Assembly: GCF_022539665.2 (NCBI RefSeq)
Contig: NC_081333.1
Location: forward strand, 10,664,001-10,728,000
From: Daphnia carinata
Taxonomy: Eukaryota
DNA length: 64,000 nucleotides
Reading direction: 5' to 3'
Shown here: positions 49,900-64,000 of the stretch, piece by piece
Position numbering within the stretch: the first letter of the stretch is position 1
How the letters are laid out: each line of letters starts with the position of its first letter
Notes under the pieces: model-generated
Told to the model about the DNA's origin: nothing
Seen by the model: the letters and a program-made list of their open reading frames with translations, nothing else
Databases searched by the model: none
Translations under genes and position numbers: made by a program

Positions 49900-52800
49900 A
49901 GTTTTTAAAATTATGATTTAGTGTTTAAGGCTGAACAAATCGAAACAGATTTTCATTTGAAAAAAAAAAAATAATATTAAGAATAAGCCGACGTTAAATT
50001 ATATTGTTTTCTTTATTATTTTTATTGCATCGGAAAACGTTATTATATATGCCACTTGAACAAACGTAAATATTTTGGGAGAAAAAAGTTTGAATATGAC
50101 GACTTAGCTTAGAAAACTATTTTGATTAGCATACTGAGCTTGTTGACACGAAAGCCTTTATATTACAGACGTCATACACATAGGGTTCTATTTTATTATA
50201 GCCTTCTCTTTACAGGTCCCTTTTTCATTTGGAAAAAGATGTCACACTGTTTTTACTATACGAGTTTTTTTTTCTCCATGTGAACTGTCGTTATTCGATC
50301 TGGAATTTTTCTAAAGCGTTCCAGGTCCAAACTCTTCAACACATTACTATTTCTGTTGCTATATTTTTGATATTTTCGACTCAACAACGTTTTCCAAAGC
50401 AAGGTCTTAAAGCAAATGCACGCGCGACACATTCATACAGTCTTCCATACTTTCATTACCTTGTCGTATAAAAATATTTTCTTCCTCATACATATTTATA
50501 TCCTTATTGGCTATTATTGTTATTCTCAGAGAATTTCAGAGTAATTCTGGGTTTTACCTCCTCTCCGTTCCTTCTTAAACGGCCATCTGAAACGATTACT
50601 TATAGACTTCATACAAGTGGACAAGTCTAAACAGCTGAGAAAAGCGCTGGGAATCATTTGAAATTCAAGGGGACGCGCAAAGAACAAAAAAAAAAGGCAA
50701 AGATTTCACAAAATATATATGGCAAAAACATTTCATTTTGTTTTCCACCTCCTTTACTAGCTTAGAACTATATATTATACGTATGAACGTTTGTGTGTGT
50801 GAAAGAGTTATGATTCTATACTAGCCCCGATAGTAAAAGTCGGCCATTTCAGAAAAGATGCGCCGTCCCAAAACGTCGAACGTCTTTTTACGACATTTGC
50901 CGATTGGCACACACACACACACACGCATAGAGAAATCCATTCATTCTTCATATATACGGGCGATGGATGGGAGTATTGGAAACACATCCATCATCCTCGT
51001 TTTGTTTTTGTTTTTTTCCCAAGTTTTCCGTCTCTCGTCGAGAAACGTTTTTTTACGAATGAATAATTAAAGATTCGGCACACGTTAAAACCCCTAAAAT
51101 GAAGAGGTGATTAAATCGTTGTTGAATTTCTGAACGATCTCGCCCTATGAGTCATTCATAACGAGATTCCGTGATTCCCGAACAATCTGTCATTAAAATA
51201 ACGCAGTGTATAAGGCCATTTGAACAAAAAGAAGAGCCTTGAGTAATTCAATTGCATGCACCGTCGTTGGCAAGATGGGAAAAAAAACTAAATGGAATGA
51301 TAATGCGGTCATTTACATGTTTTTGTGTCTATACCCACAAGTCCGTAAACAGCCAATTGCGAGCTGATTTGGTTTATGTTGATCCCGGTACTTCGTCAGA
51401 GAACTCCCGCCCATCTCCACCCACTTGTGATTTCACGTCCATATCAAGATAAAATAGTGGTGTACTAGATTATCATTCTTCTGCTGCTAAGAGGTTCTTT
51501 TTCTATTTGATCAATCGCTTCGATATGGAGAACGATACGCAACAATGTAATCATTGCCCTATGGGAGGATAGAAAACTTGGAAAAGTAACAAACGAAAAC
51601 ACAAGTCGAGACGATCGGTATTTCATGCTAATAATGAAAAGGTCACGCGACGAGCCGATAGCTTTATATCAATTCAAGCGTCATAAAATTCAAACAAGAG
51701 GCCATTTCGTGCAATATTTTCTCGAAAGTTTGGGTCACCGTGATGAATGAAGCTGTACGCTGCGTGTATACATCATCGTGTTGCATACACGCGCATTGAA
51801 ATCAAGAAAAAGGAGAACGAATACAAGAGGGAGGACGTGTTCCTCTAAGAGAGGGCGGATCTCGCATTGGGTCCTTCCGATGCGCGCGTTCCATTCAAAT
51901 CGTACATTTTTCATAGATCTCATATCATCGCTGGTGGGCTCCCCGCAACAGCATGTATAAACACAATGGCCGACTTTTTCTTTCTTCTTCTTCATCATCA
52001 TTTTTTTTTCAGACAACCTTTTCGTCAATCCTTTTATGATTCAGACCGCGCGAGTCATTATCGCCTACTGACGGGATAACAAAAAAAAATAGGAGGTGTG
52101 CACGTACCATAAGGAATCGAATGCGCTAGAAAAGGAAGGAATAGAATAAAGAAAATTAACAGCAGAAAGAAACCAAAAGTCACGCAGCAGGTCCTATTTC
52201 AAGCAGTCGCAAAACAAAAAAGAAAAATCATAAAAATTTGTGGTGGATTGCGTTGTTTAACGAAGGAGGAAAAGGAGAATAACATTTGAAAGAGAAATGA
52301 AAGGAATCCCTTCTCAATTTCCTCGGGTTGATAACCCAGACGATGACGATCGGATAATTTTCTGATTATGTGACCTATGACTCGTCACATCATCACGGGA
52401 CTTTAATTTCCATTTCCTATAGTCACCATATGGAGACACACCCAGGAAAACGAAAAATTCTTAACATTGGAGCGATATCAGTTTACTTTTTCCCCCTTTG
52501 TGTTGAAATGAAACTTGATATCTTTTACTATCCTTTACAGTCTAATGATGAACGGTGTATTAATCATGATTATAACTGTTAGTGCTGAGTTAAATAGATG
52601 AACAGGTAAAAATACTTTTCTAATTAGGGGAAAACCGATACGGTTCTTTCGCCATCGTAAGCGTTTGGCAACATATTTTTTTTGTTTACAAGGAAACACG
52701 TAACGCAATGTGTTTTTTAAATGTCTTCCGTTTTACCGTGTGCGTCCCACCATTGCGGGGTATGTCCTGTTGTTCCATGGTTGAACAATGTTTAAAAACT

Positions 52801-55800
52801 CCTCTTTTACGATAGCCATCTATGGCACCAGTAAATACATCAAAAGAGATCAGAAACTGAAAGAAAACTCGAAAAGAAATGGAAACATTTTTTTGAAATG
52901 ATGAGACTCGGATTTATGGAGGCTGATCTTAACCTCCCAACAAGTCAAAACTATCTGATTATCTTCCTATTATGTACTGGAAGGCGTGTGTGTGTGTGTG
53001 TTCCATGCTCGTTTGCGTATAGTCCAGGGTCAGTATCGAATACTTTACGACTTGTTACGGTTCAATGGTTTGCGGTTAAGGTAAATCTTTCCCTTTCTCC
53101 GATTCGATGACGCTTCGCTTGTAGGGGTGGTTTGCGGTCAAGCAAATCTAACACTTTGCCTAGCATTGAATACCTCAAAAAAAGAAAGAGAAGGGGAAAA
53201 GAATAGATCACACAACTGTTATGGTGCCCTTGGGTATGAGGACAGAACATCCAAGAGAGTTACTGGAACGGTGGAAAAACGAGGACACAGATCAAAAGAT
53301 CCTTTCCAGTTCAATGGTTTTAATGACCGCGTGTAGTTAGACCCAAGGACAAAACTATTGAAAGTATAGTGTACATCACACGAAAGAGAAGACAAGAGTT
53401 GGGAAACAAAGGAGTGAGTGAGTCAATACAAAGGAAGAGCCATCTGTAATTAAGCTCTAAATCCGGTATTAAATTGCTCGCTTTGATGTTTCTAATGTTA
53501 TCAATAAGCGCTAGTGGATGGCGGCATGTGAAGATGGTAGAATTAATCGTGTCTTGACTCCACCAATCAACAATCGCAGCGATTTCATAAAGCGATTAAC
53601 GAGGACTGTAAGTGCTGATTCAAAAACGACAAGGTTAATGTCATGAGGGACAAACGTGTGACGGGAGGCTATCAGATTGGTCACGATTTTGGAACAAAAC
53701 CAATAGATCACAACCACACTGCTGGACTTATTTTGGGAGGTAGTCGGGGCAGCCCGTGAAAGATGATCGCTGCTGGTAAACAAACAAATGAACGTAGGAA
53801 AAAAAAATGGAGAACTGGACACGAACAAAAGATTTTATCCGGCAAGCTATACGAGACAAGCCAAGAATAGGAGAGGGTTGGTTTACTAAAAAATATATGT
53901 GTCGTGTTAGATTCGCGCAAGATATTGTTCGTTGTGGTGGAAATAAAAGGTCGTCGAGTTCACCCGTGTATTCTTCCGTTCTCCGTGCAAGTCGGAGGAG
54001 TTCTGTTGAATATACTTTCTCTACTATATTACATCTCTCTTTATTCTTCTGATTCCGTGTCCTCTTGTTCATAACTGCGTTCGGCTTGATTTACGGTTCG
54101 TTCTTTTCTTTTTTCTTGTTTAGTTGAGTCGTGCCGAGCACAAGATATCGATACACTACGTATTTATAATACCTGTGCATATATAAAGGAGAAAATCCCG
54201 GGGTTGGGCCGGTCCGCTCATAAATCACAAAAGTGGTGTTTGTATCTGTAACGTCTCTTTCTCCTTTTTTTTTCTCTTCTCCCCCTCCCTATTGTCGGGA
54301 ATGACGTCACAGCAGCATTGGTTCTCTGCTGCTCGGCTGCAATTTTTTTTTTTCATAAAGCTCTGCATCGCCAGTTTTTGATTTACGGCCCACTTCTGTC
54401 TGGCGCGCATCCGCTCCGCATTAGCATATCAATTTGGTCATTTGATGATAGACGCAAAGGAGGAGGGAGAACAATAAAAAAATGGATGGAGAGAAAAATA
54501 TATAACAACAAAACAGATAACGCTTCCCCCCTTTTATGTTCCAGTCTGTAGAAGTTTTCTATCCTTTTTTCTTTTTCTTCGCCATTTACCTATATAGGGG
54601 AGGGGGGGGGGGGATATATAGCTTCGCCATTTCCCATCCTCATCAGCCGATGTTTCCTCGTAAAAAAATCAACTTAACAAAAGCTTTACGTCGGCGAGCG
54701 TGAGCCCGAACGTGCGCGAAGTCACAGTTGATTTATTGAGGTTGCTAAGATAGTCCGACCGATATGTTGCTGTATATACTTCAGACACACAACTGACTTC
54801 TTATAAGCGCACATAAATATAGATATATAATTTCTTTTTCAGATTTTTGTTGTTGTTGTTGTTTTGGTTGTTATTTATCATATTTTTTTTTTTTTGCGTT
54901 GTTGGCTGAATTCTGTCCCGGCTCTTTAGTTTCATTGATTTATGTTTTATCAGCGACTAGAATCGCGGGCGGGTGCAGAAGGCATGGCAAGAGAAAGACG
55001 TAATACGAGAGGTGTTGTCTCTGACAAGATATAGCCAGCGATCTTCATCCACCAACCCTACAATTATCATGTTTGCACGCGGGAAATGATTATACGCATG
55101 CCTTGCTCTCCTCCGTCAGCCCCGTTTATTCGGCCAACACGACAAAGGTTTAAAACAGAAAGAAACAGAAAAATGGAATTGAAATTCATTTAGTAAATCG
55201 TAAATTTTTAGAAGAGGAGAAACAAGATGCAAAAAAACCCAATGTAATAATTATACGATGAAAAAGGCGAATAGCTTTTCAATGAACGAGATTGAATTCG
55301 ACGTGTCGGGAGGTTGTGCGACGTTTGGTCAAAGACTTTGCCCACTAGCAGTGAAAGAAGGCGAGCTATATTATTCAAACTGTTGCAGCACTATCGACCG
55401 CCGTTAAATTTGATGTCGATTGAATTAAAGCGATATACAGAACGGCTTTTATGTCAGCCGTCAACCGGAAAAATATATTTATGCAGGCGCATCTCCTCAG
55501 CCATCTCAATGATGATCTCCGGTCACGTTTGCTCAATTCAAAAAAGCTTTAAAAAAATGATAATAAAATAGTGGAATAAAAAAAAAAGGAAAATGTCTGT
55601 GAAGGTATGTGTGTCCTCTTCTTCTTCTTCTTCTTCGACACATATAACCCAAACTCGTAAAAATGGTATTTAAGTATCCAACTGGTGTGCGTAGTCTATT
55701 CAGGAAAATAGAAAAATGAAAGAGAACAATACAACTGTTCTGGCACTGTCTCTCTGTTTTTAATCTCTGCCATGGCATTCTATAAAATTCATTTGAATTT

Positions 55801-58800
55801 CAATTGCCCTGTTCATCACCTGCAAATAAAAGGATCTGTTTAGGTATATACAATTCTTTTCAATATTTAGAAGCAAAACACACAGCTAAATAACAGTTAT
55901 GTGCTCCGTTATGAATACCTCTGAACACAAATAGGTTAACTCAAGACTATGTTTACTTGAAGCTAATTATTTTACAACAAGTTTACATTTACATTGTCCT
56001 AAGGCCAATAACAGTTAGAGAAAGAAAAAAAGCAGACCAGACTGCCGACAGGATGAGAAATGAGGGTCTCATCATCCTATATACATATATAGCTATATGG
56101 ATCCAACTATTTTTGTCAGCCCAAAATGAATGGAATTAAGGCTAAACTTTAAACTAAAACGTACGTGTATTTAGGCCTGTGGAAACTACTTTTGAGAATA
56201 CGCCGTGTGCCTTTGTCCTTCCGAGCAAAATTTCTCCGTATAAGCTGTTAAAGTGTCTTTTCTTTTTTTCTTTTTTTTTAAGTTCTCTTTTGGGGTCATG
56301 TGCTGTACGATGATTTACGATCGTGTATACCTTTTTATACACATTTCCTTATTATGTTTTTGCCTCTCTCCAATTCGTCGGCGCGTATGATATTATTCTT
56401 CAACCATTTCTCACTTGCCAGCGACTGCCATGTCCGTTTCTTTTTCTTTCGCGACCTGGCGTGAACCCACCAGAAATATAATAACCGATCCCTTTTTTTT
56501 TTTTTTAAACATGAATTCCTCTTCAACAGATTTGTTTTTGTATTCAGAAACATTTTTTTTTTTTTGACAGGAAGTTGTTGATTTCCTGATCCAATTTCAC
56601 TCGAACGAGTCGGGTCTAGTTCGACCTGGAATCGAACACATTGATGATTGACTCGCAGCTGTACAGGCAACTGTTTGATTTCATTTGTCTAGCCACTAAA
56701 AACTTGTTATTGTTTTCATTTCAGTCACGTTCCACTGAATTGAAGGATACTTGAAGTTGAAACAAAACAATGCAAAACTCTCACAAGAGCGTGTTGTATT
56801 TCCCCCTTGCAAAAATGAAAAAAAAAGAGGCGACATTGACGAGCAAATACCTGGATCTACCTGGATAATGTCAACAGAGCAACAGGGCGTGGAATGCCCC
56901 TAAAGTAAAAGTTAAAAAAAAGGGCAAGAAAAGCAAAAAAGAAAGGTTGAGGTCAATTTGCCATGTCTTCTATATATTTTAAGTCCGACTATGCGTCCCT
57001 TCTCCGTAGACATGTAAGGTCCTACGTTACTTCCCTTCTTATACCTGGCAAATCCTTGGGCTGATCTGGTTCAAATACTGGAAACAACATTTCCCCCCCT
57101 CGCTGATGATGTCCTGCATCGTGTACGGGGAAAAAAAAAATAGATAGAGAAAAGCCACTAGACGACCCCAAATGGAGTGGGGTCGAAAAGTCCCTCCATC
57201 CTTGGCCAGGAAAAAACAAGAAAAGAAACCGTAATTCGAGAGTTGGTGATGATGGCGCGCGCTAAGTCGTCCACTAAGAAGCATTTCTTTTCAAATTCCT
57301 ATTGTCGTATTTACGAATGTTTGAAAGATGAAAAGAAAATCCATTATAGTTCTTTTGCTTTTTGTTCATGTGGTCGTTGGAGATGTATCTGTGTGAAGTG
57401 GAAGGACATCAAGAAGAGGGAGAACGAAAAAATAAATAAGAGAAAGGCCCCAATCATGAGAAGATCAGAAAACTAACGCGCGCGCGCTTCAACAGCTAAC
57501 GGGAATTTTCGTGTCCTTCGTGATGTGTGCCTTGTTTCTTCTCGACCGAAGATGATGATGATGACTTTCTGCCATAAGCTCCTCTTCATCGCCTTGACTC
57601 TATTTCCCATTGCCTTCTACCTTTTCTTGTTTTCGCCAGGGACTTTTATTTATCTCACCTTCGACAAGCCAACAGTCGAACAGATCGAATATCACCATCT
57701 GCTCTAATCTCATTCATCAATGCAAGTTAATTTAATATTTTTTGAAAGGTATATTTTACCCACTGAAAAAATGAGAAACACCAATTTGGTCCACGAAAGC
57801 GGCCAAATTGATAAAGAAAAAGAAATACAGCATATGGAAATAATAAAAGAATCTCAGTCGTCCATCGAGAACGTGCGATGAAGCGGGAGCAGATGAAGAG
57901 TCGTTTCATTATTTCCTCTTTCGGGATGTTTTTTTTTTATTCTTCTGTCCGGCAGGCTTTTATCCCTATTCGTCTGTTTGAACAAGGTTTTTTTGGAAAT
58001 GCGTTTTTCAGTGAATGTCGGCTCTAATGAATCGGGTTACAACATCTCAGAGTGTCAGTCCCACAAGTGTGTGGCAAATGGCAAGTCATTTTCTCGACGT
58101 TGTTCCGTTTTTTTTTTCTTTATCTTTAACATCGTTTCATGAATGATGTACTATATTAGCTCCAACACACAGCTAAGTGTCACAAGAGGGCCAATCGCTA
58201 GAGCAAAAGAAGGATGGAACTAATCGAGTCCAAGATGCATGGAGAAGATCTTTCCTAATCTCGAACTTTGAAAAAAAAAATAGATAGCGCTTAATAAGGC
58301 CGGCACCCTTGCGAAACTTGAAAAATAAAAATTCCTTCACGAAATCTGAGGGAGAACGATTGTGGAAGAAGGTTTTTGTGTTCTTCCCAAGTTTGGCGTG
58401 TGGGATGCCAAAGCACAACTAATTATAGCCTGGCGAATAACTGATATGATCTAAAGATAGAAAAAGAGATTTTGCTGTTGCTGTTGCTGCTCTGGGGAAT
58501 GGACAAGTTGCACATACACACCACGACAGCCGGAACGAAGAAAAAAAAAAAAAATAACTTATTGTGTCTGTCCTTATTTCTTGTAGTTGTCGTTCATGTC
58601 GTTTTGGCCATGGTGGATGAGGAAAGATGCGAGAAATGTCGCAATGATGATTACCATTCGCTTACAAGAATGCCCTATTGTGTGACTCGCTCTGCTTGAC
58701 GGGTTTTCTCTCTCCCTCTTTTTTTTTTTTATTATTACAAGAAATCTGACTGTACGGGATAAGCGGATGATGACACGCTGGAAAAATGGAGAGGATCGAG

Positions 58801-61800
58801 TGCGGGAGTGGTGACTAACACGCGCAATGCCAATATTTTTTTTTTGAAAAATTTCCTTTTGGCGCGCTTTGTTCACAATTCAAAAAAAAAAAAAAAAGAA
58901 TCGTGTTTTATTCCCTGCCTCTCTCTTTTTTCGGTGTCGGACGCGCCACACACACATCACGTTCTATACATGGATGTTGCCGAGCACTGAGCAGCGTGTT
59001 GTTGTCATTGACATTATTCAAATGAGATGCGTTTGTTACACCAACGGAGGGTCACGGTTATGTGTGCTCCATGTGTGTCTCTGTCGGGTACATTCATAAT
59101 AAGAAGCTGAGTATATATATTTTTTTTTTTCAGGGTGGTGGGAAAAGAAAGAGGTGCCCAAAAAAGCTGAACGCACGATTCATCAGCAAAACCAAGGCTT
59201 CGCGGCTGTGGGCTCCAACACTTTGAATACAAGAGAACGAGAGAGCAGGAGACTAGACGACGCGAGGACAAGACACAATAAGTTTAAAAAGATACAGAAA
59301 AGAGAAGTGTAAATAAGGCGTGCACTATGTGACTGTGTATGTCACCTATTATGGGTACATCTGCTGTCACCTTTTATACTGAACGTGATGTAGTATACTT
59401 GTCGTTTGAATATTATTCCCGACTAGTTTTATTTATTTTTTTTTTTTTCGATTTATGCCGCTTCTGATGTTTTGACTTGCTTGTCCTCTGTTATATCACG
59501 AAGCTGCACATTTACGATTATGAACCGGTTGGCTCGCAAAAGGAAAACATGCGAATAATTGATGGACCCACATTGGTGCGGTTCTCGCCAGTTTATACGC
59601 GATCATTTACGGCAATTAAAAATGAATCGAACTATGTAGGGCACGTTTCAAGGCTACGTGAATCCCGAAATATCTGCTGGTATATGTTCTTTTGCGGCCT
59701 TCTGACTCTTATTTATGGTCTAATTGAAACCACAAGAAGGGAAAAAAAGAAAGAAAGAATAAAAACCAGTTCTTAGTTCTTAAATAATATCGCCCGGAAG
59801 GTAACAATTTGACGCTTTCCTGTGTTACAAGCAATTCAACGTTACCTCATAAATAAAGAGCTACGGCCATACCACGCCGTAGTACGGAGTTTCTTGCTAA
59901 TTTCTCACGTTACATTTATCTATTCGCTATTAAGATTCACACACCTTTCTGTTACTCCCCAACTATTCGAGGACGAAGTTCTGTAACAATCGAACTGCAT
60001 GAAATGAAAACAATATCCTTAAAAACTAAGCCATAGATATCGTTTTTTTTTTGTATGTAGCTAGATGTGTTAAGATTACAGTGTTAAGTCACAGCCAGAA
60101 AGCAATTGACTTGTTTCTATCTTTAATTTTTTTTTTTTTCCTCTCGATTTGGTTTAGCCTTTCTTCGATTCTGCTGACATGATAAGCTGCTGGATGTGTG
60201 TTTGCCACGATACAGATCGGGCTAAGATTCTTTGTGCTCGAAAGAAAAAGGATAGAACTAGGAGGGATACACCCGAAAAATCCTTTTCTGAGCGTGGGCT
60301 AAACTCCGTCTGCATGTACACAGGTAGACACAATGGCACATAATGGAGAACCGTGCAAGACCGTGACTTGACACACCGCTTCAAGTCCTGCTGATGAAAC
60401 GGCCAATTATACAAGTTACTCAAAAGGGCCCACACACACACAGATCGACAGAAGAGTTAGATGGGTGGAGATCACCGAGAAAATTCACGTATTTATTATT
60501 CACCAGAGTGTACATGAAAAAGTTGCGGTTCCTTCAAGTCGTCCCCCGATTACGTCGCTGTTCAACACCTCCCCGAACTGCCCAAAAAAGGACAACGATT
60601 CTAATTGAATTGAAAATCAATCCTCGCGTCTTTGAAAGGATTTCTCGTTTGAAGGCAGAAATAAAAGCGCGTCATTGTGGCACGTAGACACAACAATTGA
60701 TACGCCATCGCCACTTCTCGTCATTAGACTCATGTTTGTGTGTGAAGATGTTGACGCATTCACGGGGGAAAAAAAATGCCGTTCACGACGCTAGAAATTT
60801 CACCGTTGACACACACGAGCAGAACACACGCTCGAACTATCGCGGCGCTGGCCGCCTTTAAACATTTCCTTTCAGCGACATTTCAATTTTAACCTGTTCT
60901 TATAGAACGACACCGCGATTTCTTATAGACACGTCCTGTATAATTACCAGTTCTTTTTTTTTTCTTCTTCTTCCAGTTCCATCCCATAGCGAGTCCCGGT
61001 GCTTGGTGATGACTCGGTGGATTCCGAAGAACGACACGCCAGTTTTTAATAGCGGATAACCCGTTACGGTATCTCACATGTAAAAGAAGGTTATACTCAA
61101 AGTTTCCCGCGTGTATCATTATCTCGGGCTCTGTGTATACCGACTTTGAAATGCTTCAAGAACAAATTGAATTGTTCCGAGTCATGTAGCCAAATGCGAT
61201 AAGCTTTTTGAAATAGACACAGCGTCCAACCATTTTCAACAAATTTGTGTTCCATTCATTATAGATTTTTTTGTTTTGTTTTGTTTTGTTTCCATTTAAA
61301 TGACTGGCGAGATGTTACACATGCGACGCTATAAAAAGGCGACATAGAATTCATTCTATATCCATAAACGCAGACGATACGACCGTAGGGGCCACAATAG
61401 TCAAATTGCGAAGTCATTGCGGTGCTGAGAAACGATGCGGGAATTCTCGGGAAAAGCAAAAAAAAAAAAACAAAAAAAAAACAAACTCAGTTATGGTGTT
61501 GCACGGTTGTTGTTGTCCTCTGATACGTGAAGCCGGTCGCCTAATATTGTATACATATACAATCGTACTATATGAATGTAACACAAGTCTAGGGCATTCA
61601 CGATTGGCCATCGCGTTCGGCGTGCTCGATGCATTTAAACATTGCATTGCAATGGTTGCGCAGCTCGAGTGATTGATGCATCCAATCGATGATGGTATGG
61701 TAATGAGACCGAAAGGTGAGTCGGCCATACTTATTGAAGAGTTTTTTTTTTTTTTTTTTTTTTTCTTAGCTTGCGCTATATGGGCTGATTATTAGCTGTT

Positions 61801-64000
61801 GGCTGGCACTCTTGTGAAAACGTCTTTTCTCTCATAAAAGGAGCCGCTCGCTGTGTTGCCATGCGAACCTCATTCACTGCTCAAGTCAATAATTTTAATG
61901 GAATTCTCCTCTTTTTTTTTTTTCTAGCAGTCATCGCGCACCTTATTATTCCTTCATCTCGACAGAAAGAAAAAGATTTTTACCCATTGTTGCGAGGCGG
62001 CGGCGGCGGTGGTATACGAGCGCTAATTTTCTCAGTTGTTACATGTTTTAGATGAAATTTTTCTCGATCTATTCACTATCTTTCTCGTGTATTTTCTTTT
62101 TTTTAACTCCAATGTCGCCGAGTAATCGATCTTTGTTTTCTCGCCCAGTTGTTTGGCGGTACGGTGCAATTCTTTAGTAAAAAGAAAAACAAAAAAAAGA
62201 AAAAGTATTGAACGATGTTTCAGAAAAAAGACACACACACAAAAAGGAGATTGGGAAAAGGAATGTATCGCCGTGAAAGATGATCCATCAAAAGGGCTTT
62301 TAATATAGCTTACATAAATATATATATATATACATACGTGTGCGCGCATATGTGATACATAAATGCGTAACTCTCCGCCGCACGTATAGGAGCCCCATTA
62401 GATAAGATATTATGTACATTTATTTTGGCCCATCGGAAGAAAAAAAAAAAAAAATGAACGTCTTTAATCCGTCATTGTAAAGCGGCTCTCATTAGGCTCA
62501 TCCATCATCGCTGATCGTCGAACCCGTTCGATGAAAGCGGACTGCATTTGCCTATTGTACATTTAAATCGGGATATACCACCACGTTATCTATAAGCATT
62601 CCATTAAAAAAAAAAAATAATAATAAAGGTGATATCGTTACCAGACAAAACGGTATACATTCCTAGTAGCTTTCCGTGTACAGCATATAAAAATGTTGCT
62701 AACATAAAAGTATGAAGGGCGAAATGTTGTTGACACTTGTTGATGGCCTGTCATCATTATCCGTTTTGCATCATGGTCAACAGCTGTTCGTCGCTACTCC
62801 CGTTTTCCGAATGTCCAGTTGACTGCTCCACTAGCTGCGTATGCTAATATGCCCCTCCTTATAGCTTATAGACAGACACCTGACGTGTCATCATAAAAAG
62901 ACTGACAAACAAACAAACAAAAAAAAAACCGAAAAGAGAGAAAGGCCTTTTTTTCGCGCATATGGCTCTATAAGCAAAATTTTCAAAATGCTTAGCAGAC
63001 ATATTCTTTAAACAGCATTAGAAATGTTTTGCTTGCTCGCATCGCGCAGATTACAGAGAGAAGCGGTGGAAGCTCCGCCGTACGAGGCTATAGTTTTGCA
63101 TGCTGCAATAAACTATAAGAAGCAGCAGCTAACATTTTAGAACCCGACGCGCGCGCCGCGGTGAAAGTCTTCTCCGTTTTTCTTCTCCTGCGTGATATTT
63201 ATGTGCGGCCTTTTTATGTCGTCCACCTCATTTGTATACGGCACATTTCTACATCATCTACCAGCAGAGCAAAACATTTTTTTCTTTTCATTTTAATTTT
63301 TTTTTTCTCTTGGGTGAACGTTTTTACGGCTTCTCCAATTTTTTTTCTCTCTTTAAGAACCGACTTCATTTCAATTAAGCCAATTAGATGCTGGCCCGCT
63401 TTCAAGGGATAGGCAAAAACAGTTAACTACCCAGAAACAAAAAAAAAAAAAAAGAGTAGCTTTTATATAAGGTCTTCGGATTGAGCTCATCTCCGAAAAA
63501 GAAAGAATTGACCCATCTTTCTTTAATGTCCGTATAGCGTATAGAAATATATGTTCTAATATAAATGAATCTAAACTATATACCGAATTAAACTATTAAG
63601 ACGCGTGGCTTCTTGTGTAATAATGAATGACTACTGTACAATCTACACTGAATAGATGCCCAAGAGGAACAATTGCTATCGAAAGGCAATGAACTCATCC
63701 GTTGCGATTTTCTTCTGAAAACAACTGTAGCACAACACAGGCAAACAAACGATCTAGATTACAGGTCTATATAAATTACTCTATTGTACGTTGAGCGTAT
63801 GTTGAACGCTTCAATGCCCTACTGTTCAAGATCGACGCTCCCGAACTATGCAACCGTATGTATTACGTGAAAATAGTCGTGTACAAAGCTGTAAACGGCC
63901 ATCCTTCTCGCCATTCTTTTCCATTTTTCAACCTTTGTGATATGTGGCCCCTCGTTTTCCATGTTGTTGTTCGTCAGAGGGATCGGCTCTTGTTGCATTG
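49900..64000. other. ~14 kb region without recognisable coding sequence (intergenic regulatory DNA or a large intron)
   Basis: Only short, compositionally biased ORFs. Abundant poly-A/T runs and microsatellites, e.g. (CA)n ~50908, (TG)n ~52987, (TA)n ~62318. Confidence 0.65.

Noticed and set aside
54218..54240. TCATAAATCACAAAAGTGGTG resembling miR-153
   Set aside because: Seed mismatched and no complementary arm; better explained as a Hox/Exd site.
50229..63412. Numerous 60-115 aa ORFs in the right-hand region
   Set aside because: Dominated by poly-Lys/Phe from A/T runs, with no domain motifs or consistent exon chains.

Overview
Eukaryotic, gene-dense arthropod DNA with very short (~55-70 nt) GT-AG introns. 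The compact style and gene content suggest a branchiopod crustacean such as Daphnia (inference only). The first ~50 kb carry about 14 spliced protein-coding genes: 5' end of an ebony-like NRPS, a GPI-anchored M1 aminopeptidase N, a FACIT/collagen IX-like collagen, FAAP24, purine nucleoside phosphorylase, UQCC2, Rpn7/PSMD6, Jun, IFRD1, cytochrome b5, MARCHF6, GFOD, prohibitin 1, MFSD5 and SmB. There are also tRNA-Gln(CTG), tRNA-Val(AAC), a miR-252 hairpin in a spliced non-coding host, and a ~2.5 kb foldback/satellite-like repeat block. The last ~14 kb has no recognisable gene and looks regulatory. The strongest observations are: (1) two duplicated 102-nt collagen exons flanked by crossing, competing intronic base-pairings, a candidate mutually exclusive splicing switch; (2) four phase-compatible alternative first exons giving PNP different N-termini, one with a signal peptide; (3) an intronic hairpin in PHB1 with H/ACA-like geometry and 18S complementarity; (4) a ~450 nt self-complementary element upstream of Rpn7; (5) a dense Exd/Hox-site cluster in the gene-free region. 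All homology calls were made by eye from recalled family motifs; no database search was run. CDS coordinates span introns.
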